Assembly (NCBI GenBank): GCA_963740255.1
Contig: CAVUDO010000006.1
Location: forward strand, 124,158 to 148,157
Direction: 5' to 3'
From: an uncultured Actinomycetota bacterium
GTDB taxonomy: Bacteria > Actinomycetota > Actinomycetes > Mycobacteriales > Cryptosporangiaceae
DNA: 24,000 nucleotides
In this document: positions 16,267 to 23,513 of the stretch, in pieces
How the letters are laid out: each line of letters opens with the position of its first letter
How positions within the stretch are numbered: position 1 is the stretch's first letter
Position numbers and translations under genes: made by a program
Notes under the pieces: model-generated
Told to the model about the DNA's origin: nothing
Seen by the model: the letters and a program-made list of their open reading frames with translations, nothing else
Databases searched by the model: none

Positions 16267-16913
16267 GCGCCTACGACGAGTACGCGCTGCGACGGGAGGC
16301 GGCGATGCTCAGCCGGCAGCTGGCGGATCGGCTGGTCGCCGAACGGGTGCACGCCCAGGCGCCGGGCGGGGGCATACGGGTGACGTTGCGGCTGGACGGC
16401 GGCCTGGAGGAGGTGGGCATGGACCGGGAGATGCTGCGGGCACAGGGCGCCGAGCGGGTCGGGGAGTTGCTGACGGAGGCAATCCGGGCCGCGGAGGAGC
16501 AGATCGAGCCGCGCACCCGTGCCCTGATCGCCGGCTGCACGCTTCTCGACCAGTCGATCGGTCAGCTCGGCAGCTCCGGCGAGGACGCGGTGAGCGCGCC
16601 CGGGGGGTTCACGGTTCTCATCGACGCGCTGGTCGCCAGCAGCAAGAAGTTCGCCGACGAAGCCACGGAGCTGGCCACCCAGCAGTCGGCGGCGAACGGC
16701 CGGAACCTGAGTCGGGAGATCTTCAGCGATCCCGGCCACGCGCTCGCCGAGGCCTACCGGCAGGCGCAGCAGCACGTCACGGACCAGGTCGCTGATCTGC
16801 AGGCACGGGTGAAGGACACCGCGGAAGGACTCAAGACCGCCGCTGACCTGTACCGCCTCGACGACCAGACCGCCGCGGACATCGTCAGCAACAGCGTCTT
16901 CCGTGAGCGTTAA
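16263..16913 (+). CDS. Two-domain protein: N-terminal YbaB-like domain plus C-terminal helical EspC/WXG-type (type VII secretion-associated) domain
   Basis: ATG 16263 overlaps the upstream stop (ATGA). N-terminal half: GGGIRVTLRLDGGLEEVGMDREMLRAQGAERVGELLTEAIRAAEEQ. C-terminal half is helical and ends in LKTAADLYRLDDQTAADIV, resembling the A..Y...D motif of EspC-like proteins (from memory). Confidence 0.7.
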   Translation: MSAYDEYALRREAAMLSRQLADRLVAERVHAQAPGGGIRVTLRLDGGLEEVGMDREMLRAQGAERVGELLTEAIRAAEEQIEPRTRALIAGCTLLDQSIGQLGSSGEDAVSAPGGFTVLIDALVASSKKFADEATELATQQSAANGRNLSREIFSDPGHALAEAYRQAQQHVTDQVADLQARVKDTAEGLKTAADLYRLDDQTAADIVSNSVFRER

Positions 16914-16915
16914 CC

Positions 16916-17929
16916 ATGGGTTCCGGGGTGCCAGGAGGGTTCGAAGTCATCGCGGGTTGGGCGTCGTTCTTCGGTATCGGCATGGACGACACCCGCCAAC
17001 AGCTCGTCGGGATCATGAAAGGAGACCAGCCGACACTGCTCCAGGCCGACGGCGCGGAATGGGCAAAGATCTCGGCGGCGCTCGAACAGACCGGCACCGA
17101 CCTGGAGAACGCGAAGAACGCACTCCAGCCTCCCGTGTGGGACGGCGAGGCGGCCAAGGCGTTCACCCGCAGGTGGTCGGCGCTCAACAGATCCCTCACG
17201 CCGTTGGTCCCTCTCGCGAGCAAGCTCGCCACCACCCTGCCCCCCGCCGCCGAGGCCATCGGGAAAATCAAGGACTCCGTCACCACCCGCACCACCCTGA
17301 CCGAGGCGATCCTCAACGCACTCGAACTGGCCAGCGGCGGCCTCCGGGTGCTCCCGACGACCTTGGTCGTGGGAGCCCAGGTGGTGACGAGGTACCGGAC
17401 CGACACGGCGCTGGACTGGCTCGCCCTCGAATCGAGCCTCAGCGGGCTGGCCGACCAGATCTACGCCTCGGGCGGGCCGCGCCAGGCCGCCACCAGGGCC
17501 GCCCAGGTTCCCGGCGGGTGGCCGCCGCCGGCGGTCACCGGGCAGGACCTGGACCACGTCACGAAAGGCACGTTCAACGCGGACGGCGTGCCTGTCGGCT
17601 GGCATCACCGGCAGGACGGCGTGGACCCGCCGGGTCGCCGTCCCGGCGTCCTGGTCACCCCGCCGGACGCCGACGGCGTCTACACCGCTCGTGGCCTGGA
17701 GTTCGAGCGGCCCGACGGAACCTGGGCAGTGAAGAAGTACGACACGACGTTCTTCCCCGACAGTTGGTCGGAGCCGCAGGTGAAGGCGGCGGTGCAGGAG
17801 GCGTGGAACGATCCCTCCGGAACCCGGAACTCCTCGGGCCGGGCCTGGACCGGCCAGGGCGGGGGCATCCAGATCAGCGGTTACTACGATCCGACGACGG
17901 GCGAGTTCCGCACCGCGTTCCCGTCCTGA
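16916..17929 (+). CDS. Polymorphic toxin: WXG100-like N-terminal domain fused to a bacterial EndoU-type ribonuclease C-terminal domain
   Basis: ATG lies 2 nt after the upstream TAA. The helical N-terminus carries a W-x-G motif (PPVWDGEAAKAFTRRW). The C-terminal ~120 aa read HVTKGTFNADGVPVGWHHRQDG...KKYDTTFFPDSWSEPQVKAAVQEAW...GIQISGYYDPTTGEFRTAFPS. This matches my recollection of the EndoU_bacteria pattern: GGHH-type His pair, K..FP..WS, and a TAYP-like C-terminus. Confidence 0.8.
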   Translation: MGSGVPGGFEVIAGWASFFGIGMDDTRQQLVGIMKGDQPTLLQADGAEWAKISAALEQTGTDLENAKNALQPPVWDGEAAKAFTRRWSALNRSLTPLVPLASKLATTLPPAAEAIGKIKDSVTTRTTLTEAILNALELASGGLRVLPTTLVVGAQVVTRYRTDTALDWLALESSLSGLADQIYASGGPRQAATRAAQVPGGWPPPAVTGQDLDHVTKGTFNADGVPVGWHHRQDGVDPPGRRPGVLVTPPDADGVYTARGLEFERPDGTWAVKKYDTTFFPDSWSEPQVKAAVQEAWNDPSGTRNSSGRAWTGQGGGIQISGYYDPTTGEFRTAFPS

Positions 17930-17946
17930 GACCAGGGAGAGTCGTC

Positions 17947-18294
17947 GTGGAGTTCACGTGGAGGCCGAACCGGGACGTCGCCATCGACGGCGCCCCGGAC
18001 GATGCCGTGCTCACCTCCTTCCTCTGGGGTGACGTGGGGCGGACGCCGTCGTCGGTCGAGTACGTGATGCGGACGATCGAGGAACAGCGCGACGACCCCG
18101 ACGACGACGAATGGATGACGGGCAACGGCTACTCGCTCAGAGTCCGGGACGGCGACGTCCTGATCCGGAGCAACTTCGACCAGTTCCCCGAGACGACCTA
18201 TCCGGTCGAGCGGGTGCTCGGCGCGCTGCGGGAGTTCCGGGACTGGCTGCGCGACAACCCGCGGCCGCCGGTGGACACGGCGTCAGGAGGGTGA
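17947..18294 (+). CDS. Putative cognate immunity protein (115 aa), family not recognised
   Basis: GTG 17947 lies 6 nt after a GGGAGAG SD and 17 nt after the toxin stop; it is the only convincingly coding part of track ORF 16903..18294. The protein is acidic: VEFTWRPNRDVAIDGAPDDAVLTSFLWGDVGRTPSSVEYVMRTIEEQRDDPDDDEWMTGNGYSLRV.... The call rests on position and size only. Confidence 0.55.
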   Translation: MEFTWRPNRDVAIDGAPDDAVLTSFLWGDVGRTPSSVEYVMRTIEEQRDDPDDDEWMTGNGYSLRVRDGDVLIRSNFDQFPETTYPVERVLGALREFRDWLRDNPRPPVDTASGG

Positions 18295-20607
18295 GGCCGG
18301 GCCGGCGGCTGCCCGGTCGCGGGCTCCGGCGACGGCGGCCTGGCCGAGGCTGATGCCGCCGTCGTTGGGCGGCACCCGGGAGTGGACGAGCACCCGGAAG
18401 CCCCGTGCGGTGAGCAGGGTGGCCAGGCGTTCGAGCAGGGTCAGGTTCTGGAACACGCCGCCGGACAGCGCGACCGTGGCCAGGCCGGTGTCGGCGCGGA
18501 CGGCGTCCACCGCGTCGGCCAGTACGGCGGCGAACCCGTTGTGGAACCGGGCTGCGACGATTCCCACGGCCACGCCGGCCGAGACGTCGTCGACCACCGC
18601 CCGGATCAGGTCGCTGCCCAGGATCACCCCGGCGTCGGAGACCCGGGCCGGGTAGCCGCCCCGTTCGTCCGGGTCGACGCGCTGCTCGAATTCGATGGCC
18701 GCCTGGCCCTCGTAGTGCACGGCGTCCCGGATGCCGGCGAGCGCGGCCACCGCGTCGAACAGCCGGCCCGCACTGGTCGTCACCGGGGCGCTCGTCCCGG
18801 TGCGGGCCAGGCTGGTGACCAGCGGCCACTGGCCGGAGTGGCGCGCCGCCACGGCCAGGCCGGCCGGGACCTCTTCGCCGTACGCGTGGAACAGGTGCGA
18901 CGCGGCCATCCGCCACGGCTCGCGGATCGCGCTGGCGCCGCCGGGCAGCCGCACCGGTTCGAGATGGGCGACCCGTTCGTAGCCGGCCAGGTCGGCCACC
19001 AGGATCTCGCCGCCCCAGAGCGTGCCGTCGTCGCCGTAGCCCGTGCCGTCGCAGGCGACCCCGATCACCGGCCCTGCCTCGCCGTTGTCGGCCAGGCAGG
19101 AGGCGATGTGCGCGTGGTGGTGCTGGACGCCGACCAGATCGACGCCTGCCGCGCCGGCGCCGTCCGCGGCGTGATCGCCGTACGTGTCCAGGGCGTACTT
19201 GGTGGACAGGTACTCCGGGTGCAGGTCGTAGGCGACCACCTCGGGGGTCACGTCGAACAGCCGCTGGAAGTGCTCGATGCCGGTGGTGAACGAACGCAGC
19301 GTCTCGAAGTTCTCCAGGTCGCCGATGTGGTGGGACAGGAACGCGCGTTCGCCCTTGGCCAGGCAGAAGGTGTTCTTCAGCTCGGCACCGCAGGCCAGCA
19401 CCGGCCGCGGGAAGCGCCACGGCAGCCGCAGCGGGGCGGGCGCGTAGCCGCGGGACCTGCGCACCGGCAGCTCGCGCCCGTCGACCACCCGCACCACGGA
19501 GTCGTCCGTGCGCATGTGGATGGGCCGGTCGTGCACGAGGAAGCCGTCCGCGATCGGCACCAGCCGTTCCAGCGCGTCGGCGTCGAGGTAGGCGATGGGT
19601 TCGTCCGAGACGTTGCCGCTGGTCAGCACGAACGGCCCGGGCAGTGCCGCGGCGAGCAGATGGTGCAGCGGCGTGTAGGGCAGCATCACGCCGAGGAACC
19701 GGTTGGCGACCGTGACGCTCGGCGCCGGGCCGGCGTCGTCGCGGCGGCGGAGCAGCACGATGGGCCGGCGGCGCGAGGCGAGCACCCGTACCTCGGCCGG
19801 CGTCACCTCGCACCACGCGCGGACGGCCGCCAGGTCCCGGGCCATCACGGCGAACGGCTTGTCCTCGCGGTGCTTGCGCGCCCGCAGCGTGGCCACCGCA
19901 TGCTCCGAGGCCGCGTCCACCGCGAGGTGGTACCCGCCCAGCCCCTTGACGGCCAGCACTCTGCCGGCCGCCAGCCAGGACGCGGCCACCGCGACGGGGT
20001 CGCCGTCCACGGCCCGCCCGGAGGCGTCGAGGAACCGCAGCGTCGGCCCGCAGGCCGGACAGCACACCGGCTGGGCGTGGAACCGCCGGTCGCCCGGGTC
20101 GTGGTACTCGGCCGCGCACTCCGCGCACATCGCGAAGCCGGACATCGTGGTCGCCGCCCGGTCGTAGGGCACCGACTGGACGATCGTGAACCGCGGGCCG
20201 CAGTTCGTGCAGTTGGTGAACGGGTAGGCGTACCGGCGGTCGTCCGGGTCGGCGATCTCGGCCAGGCAGTCGTCGCAGGTCGCGGTGTCGGCCGAGACCA
20301 GGGCGTCCCGCGGCCCGGCGGACGAGCTGGTGACGATGACGAAGTCACGGTCGCCGTTGGGAACGGCCGGCGCGGCGACGACCCGTTCGACCGAGGCGAG
20401 CACCGGCGGGCGCAGCCGCAGCGCCGCGACGAACGCGTCGAGGGCCGTCGGGTCGCCCTCGGCCTCGATGAACACCCCGGCCTCGTCGTTGCCGACGAAG
20501 CCGCCGAGCCCGTACTCGCCGGCCAGGGCGTGGACGAACGGCCGGAAGCCCACGCCCTGCACGATGCCCTCGACCCGGATCCGGGAGCGCACCCGCGCGT
20601 CGGTCAC
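18283..20607 (-). CDS. hypF: Carbamoyltransferase HypF
   Basis: 774 aa with an acylphosphatase domain (RIRVEGIVQGVGFRPFVHALA), two zinc-finger pairs (CDDCLAEIADPDDRRYAYPFTNCTNCGPRFT; CAECAAEYHDPGDRRFHAQPVCCPACGP), a YrdC-like domain and a Kae1-like C-terminal domain. Confidence 0.97.
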   Translation of the reverse strand: MTDARVRSRIRVEGIVQGVGFRPFVHALAGEYGLGGFVGNDEAGVFIEAEGDPTALDAFVAALRLRPPVLASVERVVAAPAVPNGDRDFVIVTSSSAGPRDALVSADTATCDDCLAEIADPDDRRYAYPFTNCTNCGPRFTIVQSVPYDRAATTMSGFAMCAECAAEYHDPGDRRFHAQPVCCPACGPTLRFLDASGRAVDGDPVAVAASWLAAGRVLAVKGLGGYHLAVDAASEHAVATLRARKHREDKPFAVMARDLAAVRAWCEVTPAEVRVLASRRRPIVLLRRRDDAGPAPSVTVANRFLGVMLPYTPLHHLLAAALPGPFVLTSGNVSDEPIAYLDADALERLVPIADGFLVHDRPIHMRTDDSVVRVVDGRELPVRRSRGYAPAPLRLPWRFPRPVLACGAELKNTFCLAKGERAFLSHHIGDLENFETLRSFTTGIEHFQRLFDVTPEVVAYDLHPEYLSTKYALDTYGDHAADGAGAAGVDLVGVQHHHAHIASCLADNGEAGPVIGVACDGTGYGDDGTLWGGEILVADLAGYERVAHLEPVRLPGGASAIREPWRMAASHLFHAYGEEVPAGLAVAARHSGQWPLVTSLARTGTSAPVTTSAGRLFDAVAALAGIRDAVHYEGQAAIEFEQRVDPDERGGYPARVSDAGVILGSDLIRAVVDDVSAGVAVGIVAARFHNGFAAVLADAVDAVRADTGLATVALSGGVFQNLTLLERLATLLTARGFRVLVHSRVPPNDGGISLGQAAVAGARDRAAAGPASPS

Positions 20608-20617
20608 GCGGTCATGC

Positions 20618-21298
20618 CTAGGCGCCGAGGGCCTGCTGGGTGAGCTCCCACAGCACGTCGTACGTGGTGGCCTGCGTCTCCTGGATGCGGTGCACCGACA
20701 CCGACGGCACCGAGAAGAGGTAGTCGATCGTGCCGGCCTCGGCCATCTTGCCGCCGTCGTAGCCGGCGAAGCCCACCGTGACCATGCCGATCCGCTGGGC
20801 CTCCTCGAAGGCGCGGAGCACGTTGGCCGAACCGCCGCTGGTGGACAGGCCGACCGCGATGTCGCCCGGCTTGGCCTTCGCGGCGAGCGGACGGGCGAAG
20901 ATCACCTCGAAGCCGACGTCGTTGGAGAGTGCGGTGAGCACCGCGACGTCGGTGGTCAGCGCCGCGGCCGGCAGCGGACGGGCACCGGGGCCGGGGTTGA
21001 GGAAGAGCTGGGCCAGCGCCTCGGCGTCCGTGCTGCTGCCGCCGTTGCCGAACGTGTAGAGCCACCCGCCCGCGGCGAACGACTCGGCCATGGCCGTCGC
21101 GCACGCGGCGAGCTGCCCGCCGTACCTCTCCACCATCTTCTCGCGCACGGCGACGATCTCCGCCGCCTTCTCGGTGGTGGAGCGCTGGACCTCCGCCAGC
21201 ACGGCGTCGAGGTCGGACGCACCGGAATACAGGAACGGGTAGAGCGACTCGACACCCCCGCCACGACCCCCGCGACCACGGGGTGCGGGTTCGGTCAT
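20618..21298 (-). CDS. SIS-domain protein (GmhA/DiaA-like), hydrogenase-cluster paralogue B
   Basis: Track ORF 20618..21505. I start at ATG 21298, which forms an ATGA overlap with the upstream gene's stop. SIS motifs present: TFGNGGSSTDAEALAQ, GDIAVGLSTSGGSANVLRA and TVGFAGYDGG. Confidence 0.85.
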   Translation of the reverse strand: MTEPAPRGRGGRGGGVESLYPFLYSGASDLDAVLAEVQRSTTEKAAEIVAVREKMVERYGGQLAACATAMAESFAAGGWLYTFGNGGSSTDAEALAQLFLNPGPGARPLPAAALTTDVAVLTALSNDVGFEVIFARPLAAKAKPGDIAVGLSTSGGSANVLRAFEEAQRIGMVTVGFAGYDGGKMAEAGTIDYLFSVPSVSVHRIQETQATTYDVLWELTQQALGA

Positions 21299-21597
21299 GC
21301 AGGAGCCTCTTCGGGCCGGATCACGGCGATCGCCTCCTTGGCGTGCACCAAGACTACGTCGCCGACGACGGCGTCCACCAGCGCGACGCTGACCTCGTCG
21401 GTGCCCTCGCCGGTGTCGACCAGCGCGAGTCCGAACTCCTTCAGCTCGGTGATCGTCACGGCCACGGCCTCGTCCGAGCAGGTGATGCAGTGGTCGCCGT
21501 AGCACTCGGCCGGACCGGGCGGGCTCACCGCCACCATGGGCGCCGGCCCGCCGGTGAACCCTTCGGGGCGCGGCCCGATCGTCACGTCGTCGCTCAT
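21295..21597 (-). CDS. Atypical HypC/HupF-like protein with internal CxxC instead of an N-terminal Cys
   Basis: 100 aa. After a 30-residue Pro/Gly-rich leader comes DHCITCSDEAVAVTITELKEFGLALVDTGEGTDEVSVALVDAVVGDVVLVHAKEAIAVI. The segment GDVVLVHAKEAIAVI aligns by eye with HypC's GxWVLVHVGFAxxxI. Confidence 0.7.
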   Translation of the reverse strand: MSDDVTIGPRPEGFTGGPAPMVAVSPPGPAECYGDHCITCSDEAVAVTITELKEFGLALVDTGEGTDEVSVALVDAVVGDVVLVHAKEAIAVIRPEEAPA

Positions 21598-21619
21598 CGG
21601 CCCGCCCCGCTTCGCTCGC

Positions 21620-22237
21620 TCATCGGATGACCCCCGGGTCGAGTACGCCCGGTTGTTCGAAGAAGACGTGCACCAGCTCCCAGAGCAGGTGGTAGGTGGT
21701 CACGTGGATTTCCTTGACCACCCGCGGGTCGTCGGAACGGGCGACGAAGGCGTGGCCGGCCAGGTTGTCACGGGCGATGGCGCCGCCGTCCCCGCCGGTC
21801 AGCGCGACCGTCAGCAGACCCCGCTCGCGGGCCACCTCCAGCGCGCGGGCCACGTTGCGGCAGTTCCCGTCCGGCGAGATGCCCAGCGCGATGTCGTCCG
21901 GGTGGCCCATCAGCGCCAGCTGCGTCGCGAAGGTCTCGTCCATCCCGGCCGACGCGGCGATGCCGGTGGCGGTCGAGGCGTCGTTGGCCAGCGAGATCGC
22001 CGGCAGGGCGCGCTTGCCGACGATGACCGGGTGGACGAACTCCACCACCACGTGCTGGGCGTCCGTCGCGCAGCCGCCGTTGCCGAAGGTGACGAGCTTG
22101 CCGCCGCGGTGGAAGCGCAGCGCGATGTCGTAGCAGGCGCGGCCGACCCGTTCGGCGTCGGCGGCCAGCGCGTTGCCGGGAGCGATCCGGCGGGCGAACG
22201 CCTCCGCGGCGCGCGCCGCCGTCACCTCGACCGTCAT
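21620..22237 (-). CDS. SIS-domain protein (GmhA/DiaA-like), hydrogenase-cluster paralogue A
   Basis: Track ORF 21620..22426. I start at ATG 22237, which forms an ATGA overlap with the padR stop. The protein contains TFGNGGCATDAQHVVVEF. The second SIS motif is degenerate (ALGISPDGNCRNVARA instead of S-x-S-G-x-S). Confidence 0.85.
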   Translation of the reverse strand: MTVEVTAARAAEAFARRIAPGNALAADAERVGRACYDIALRFHRGGKLVTFGNGGCATDAQHVVVEFVHPVIVGKRALPAISLANDASTATGIAASAGMDETFATQLALMGHPDDIALGISPDGNCRNVARALEVARERGLLTVALTGGDGGAIARDNLAGHAFVARSDDPRVVKEIHVTTYHLLWELVHVFFEQPGVLDPGVIR

Positions 22238-22647
22238 GCCTGTTCGCGCTCCTCCAGCTCTGGTTCGGCCACATCGGCACCGGACACGCCCGCGTACCGC
22301 TTGAGGAAGTCCTCGATCATGTCGCGGGTGGCCTCCAGGGCGCAGGCCCGGCCTTTCAGGCTCTCCAGGCCCCGCGCGGTGAGGTGGTACGTCCGCCGTG
22401 CCGGCCCGGCGGTGGACATCCGCCACGACGACACGACGAGCCCCTGGTGCTCCAGTGCCCGCAGGGCGCGGTACACCCCACCGGCGTCGATCTCGGATCC
22501 GGCGAAGGCGCGGAGTCGGTCGACGAGGTCATAGCCGTGGTCCGGCCGCTCGTAGATGAGCAGCAGGAGACACGGCTTGAGAAAATCTCGTGGCTCGTAC
22601 TCGAGCATCGACACGCCTTTGTGTGGACGCGACAGGGGGAGATCCAT
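22234..22647 (-). CDS. PadR-family transcriptional regulator
   Basis: Winged-helix core LKPCLLLLIYERPDHGYDLVDRLRAF...GGVYRALRALEHQGLVVSSW...RRTYHLTARG. Start ATG 22647 follows a GAGGA SD 4 nt upstream; ATG 22608 (AAAGG SD) is an alternative. The upstream part of track ORF 22234..22755 is not needed. Confidence 0.85.
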   Translation of the reverse strand: MDLPLSRPHKGVSMLEYEPRDFLKPCLLLLIYERPDHGYDLVDRLRAFAGSEIDAGGVYRALRALEHQGLVVSSWRMSTAGPARRTYHLTARGLESLKGRACALEATRDMIEDFLKRYAGVSGADVAEPELEEREQA

Positions 22648-22888
22648 TCGATCCTCGCACCCGGACCTACCCCAGACAAGGCCGTACACGGCCCGTCGCT
22701 CCGCCACATTCGTCCTGGATGCGACATAGCCGACCAGTCGATCCCGACGTCGCACGTTCGTCCTCGCCGCCGCGCACCAGCACCCTCAGCGGTCTCGGGA
22801 GTTCATCCGACAGCACGTGCCCGGCGAGAATGCCGGGCGCTCGCCGGGGCCTTTCGGCGGACCCGGCCGGCTCTCCTATCGTCGGGGA
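22648..22888. promoter_or_regulatory. Divergent intergenic region between padR and the GNAT gene
   Basis: Contains an inverted repeat GCCGT-AC-ACGGC (22681..22692) and a 12-bp direct repeat CACATTCGTCCT (22705..22716) / CACGTTCGTCCT (22753..22764) with 11 of 12 bases identical. Confidence 0.35.
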
Positions 22889-23449
22889 ATGCTGCGTCCG
22901 GAGTATCCGATCGAGACCGCCAGGCTGCTCCTCCGACCGTTCGCCGGCCGTGACCTCGACGACCTCTACGACTACCAGTCGCGGCCGGACGTGGTGCGGT
23001 ACCTCTACTGGCAGCAGCGCGACCGGGGCCAGGTGGCCGAGGCGCTCGTCCAGAAGATCGGGCAGGCCACGATCGAGAATCCCGGCGACAGTCTCGTCCT
23101 GGCCGTGGTGCGGCCCGAGATGGGCCGGGTCGTCGGCGAGGTCAACCTGCACTGCCGCAGCCGCGACCACCGACAGGGTGAGTTCGGGTTCGTCCTCCAC
23201 CCGGACCACCACGGCCGGGGCTTCGCGACCGAGGCGGCGCGGGCGGTGCTCGACCTGGGGTTCGGTCCGTTGGGACTGCACCGGATCGAGGGCCGCTGCG
23301 ACGTCCGCAACACCCCGTCGACCCGGGTGATGGAGCGGCTCGGCATGCGCCGGGAGGCGCACTTCGTGCACAACGAGATGTTCAAGGGCGAGTGGGGCGA
23401 CGAGTACGTCTACGCGCTGCTCGACCACGAGTGGACGGCGGGCGCCTGA
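22889..23449 (+). CDS. GNAT-family N-acetyltransferase (RimJ/RimL-like)
   Basis: ATG 22889 follows a GGGGA SD. The protein starts MLRPEYPIETARLLLRPFAGRDLDDLYDY. The acetyl-CoA-binding region is GFVLHPDHHGRGFATEAARAVLDLGFGPLGLHRIEGRCDVRNTPSTRVMERLGMRRE. Confidence 0.9.
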   Translation: MLRPEYPIETARLLLRPFAGRDLDDLYDYQSRPDVVRYLYWQQRDRGQVAEALVQKIGQATIENPGDSLVLAVVRPEMGRVVGEVNLHCRSRDHRQGEFGFVLHPDHHGRGFATEAARAVLDLGFGPLGLHRIEGRCDVRNTPSTRVMERLGMRREAHFVHNEMFKGEWGDEYVYALLDHEWTAGA

Positions 23450-23513
23450 CGGTTGCGGTGGCCGACCGTTGCGGCTGGCGGCTGCACGGCTGACGGTGGC
23501 GCGGCCGTCCGGC

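Noticed and set aside
14404-16775. Upstream two-thirds of the 1180-aa - strand ORF 13233..16775
   Set aside because: Only the portion from ATG 14403 downward looks like a protein (HEAT repeats). The rest is antisense to the MFS transporter and the YbaB-like genes and is R/P/G/H-rich.
16903-17946. First 348 codons of the 463-aa + strand ORF 16903..18294
   Set aside because: This stretch is out of frame with the well-supported WXG-EndoU gene and reads as Arg/Gly/Pro-rich junk. Only the last 116 codons, from GTG 17947 with its own SD, look coding.
12657-18294. Calling the accessory block a mobile element or genomic island
   Set aside because: No integrase, transposase, recombinase, tRNA target or terminal repeats were found by eye. 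It is reported only as an interruption of the hyp locus, not as a mobile element.
18137-20643. ORFs 18137..20128 (- strand, 663 aa) and 18382..20643 (+ strand, 753 aa)
   Set aside because: These are frame shadows of hypF, whose own frame carries the acylphosphatase, zinc-finger, YrdC and Kae1-like motifs.
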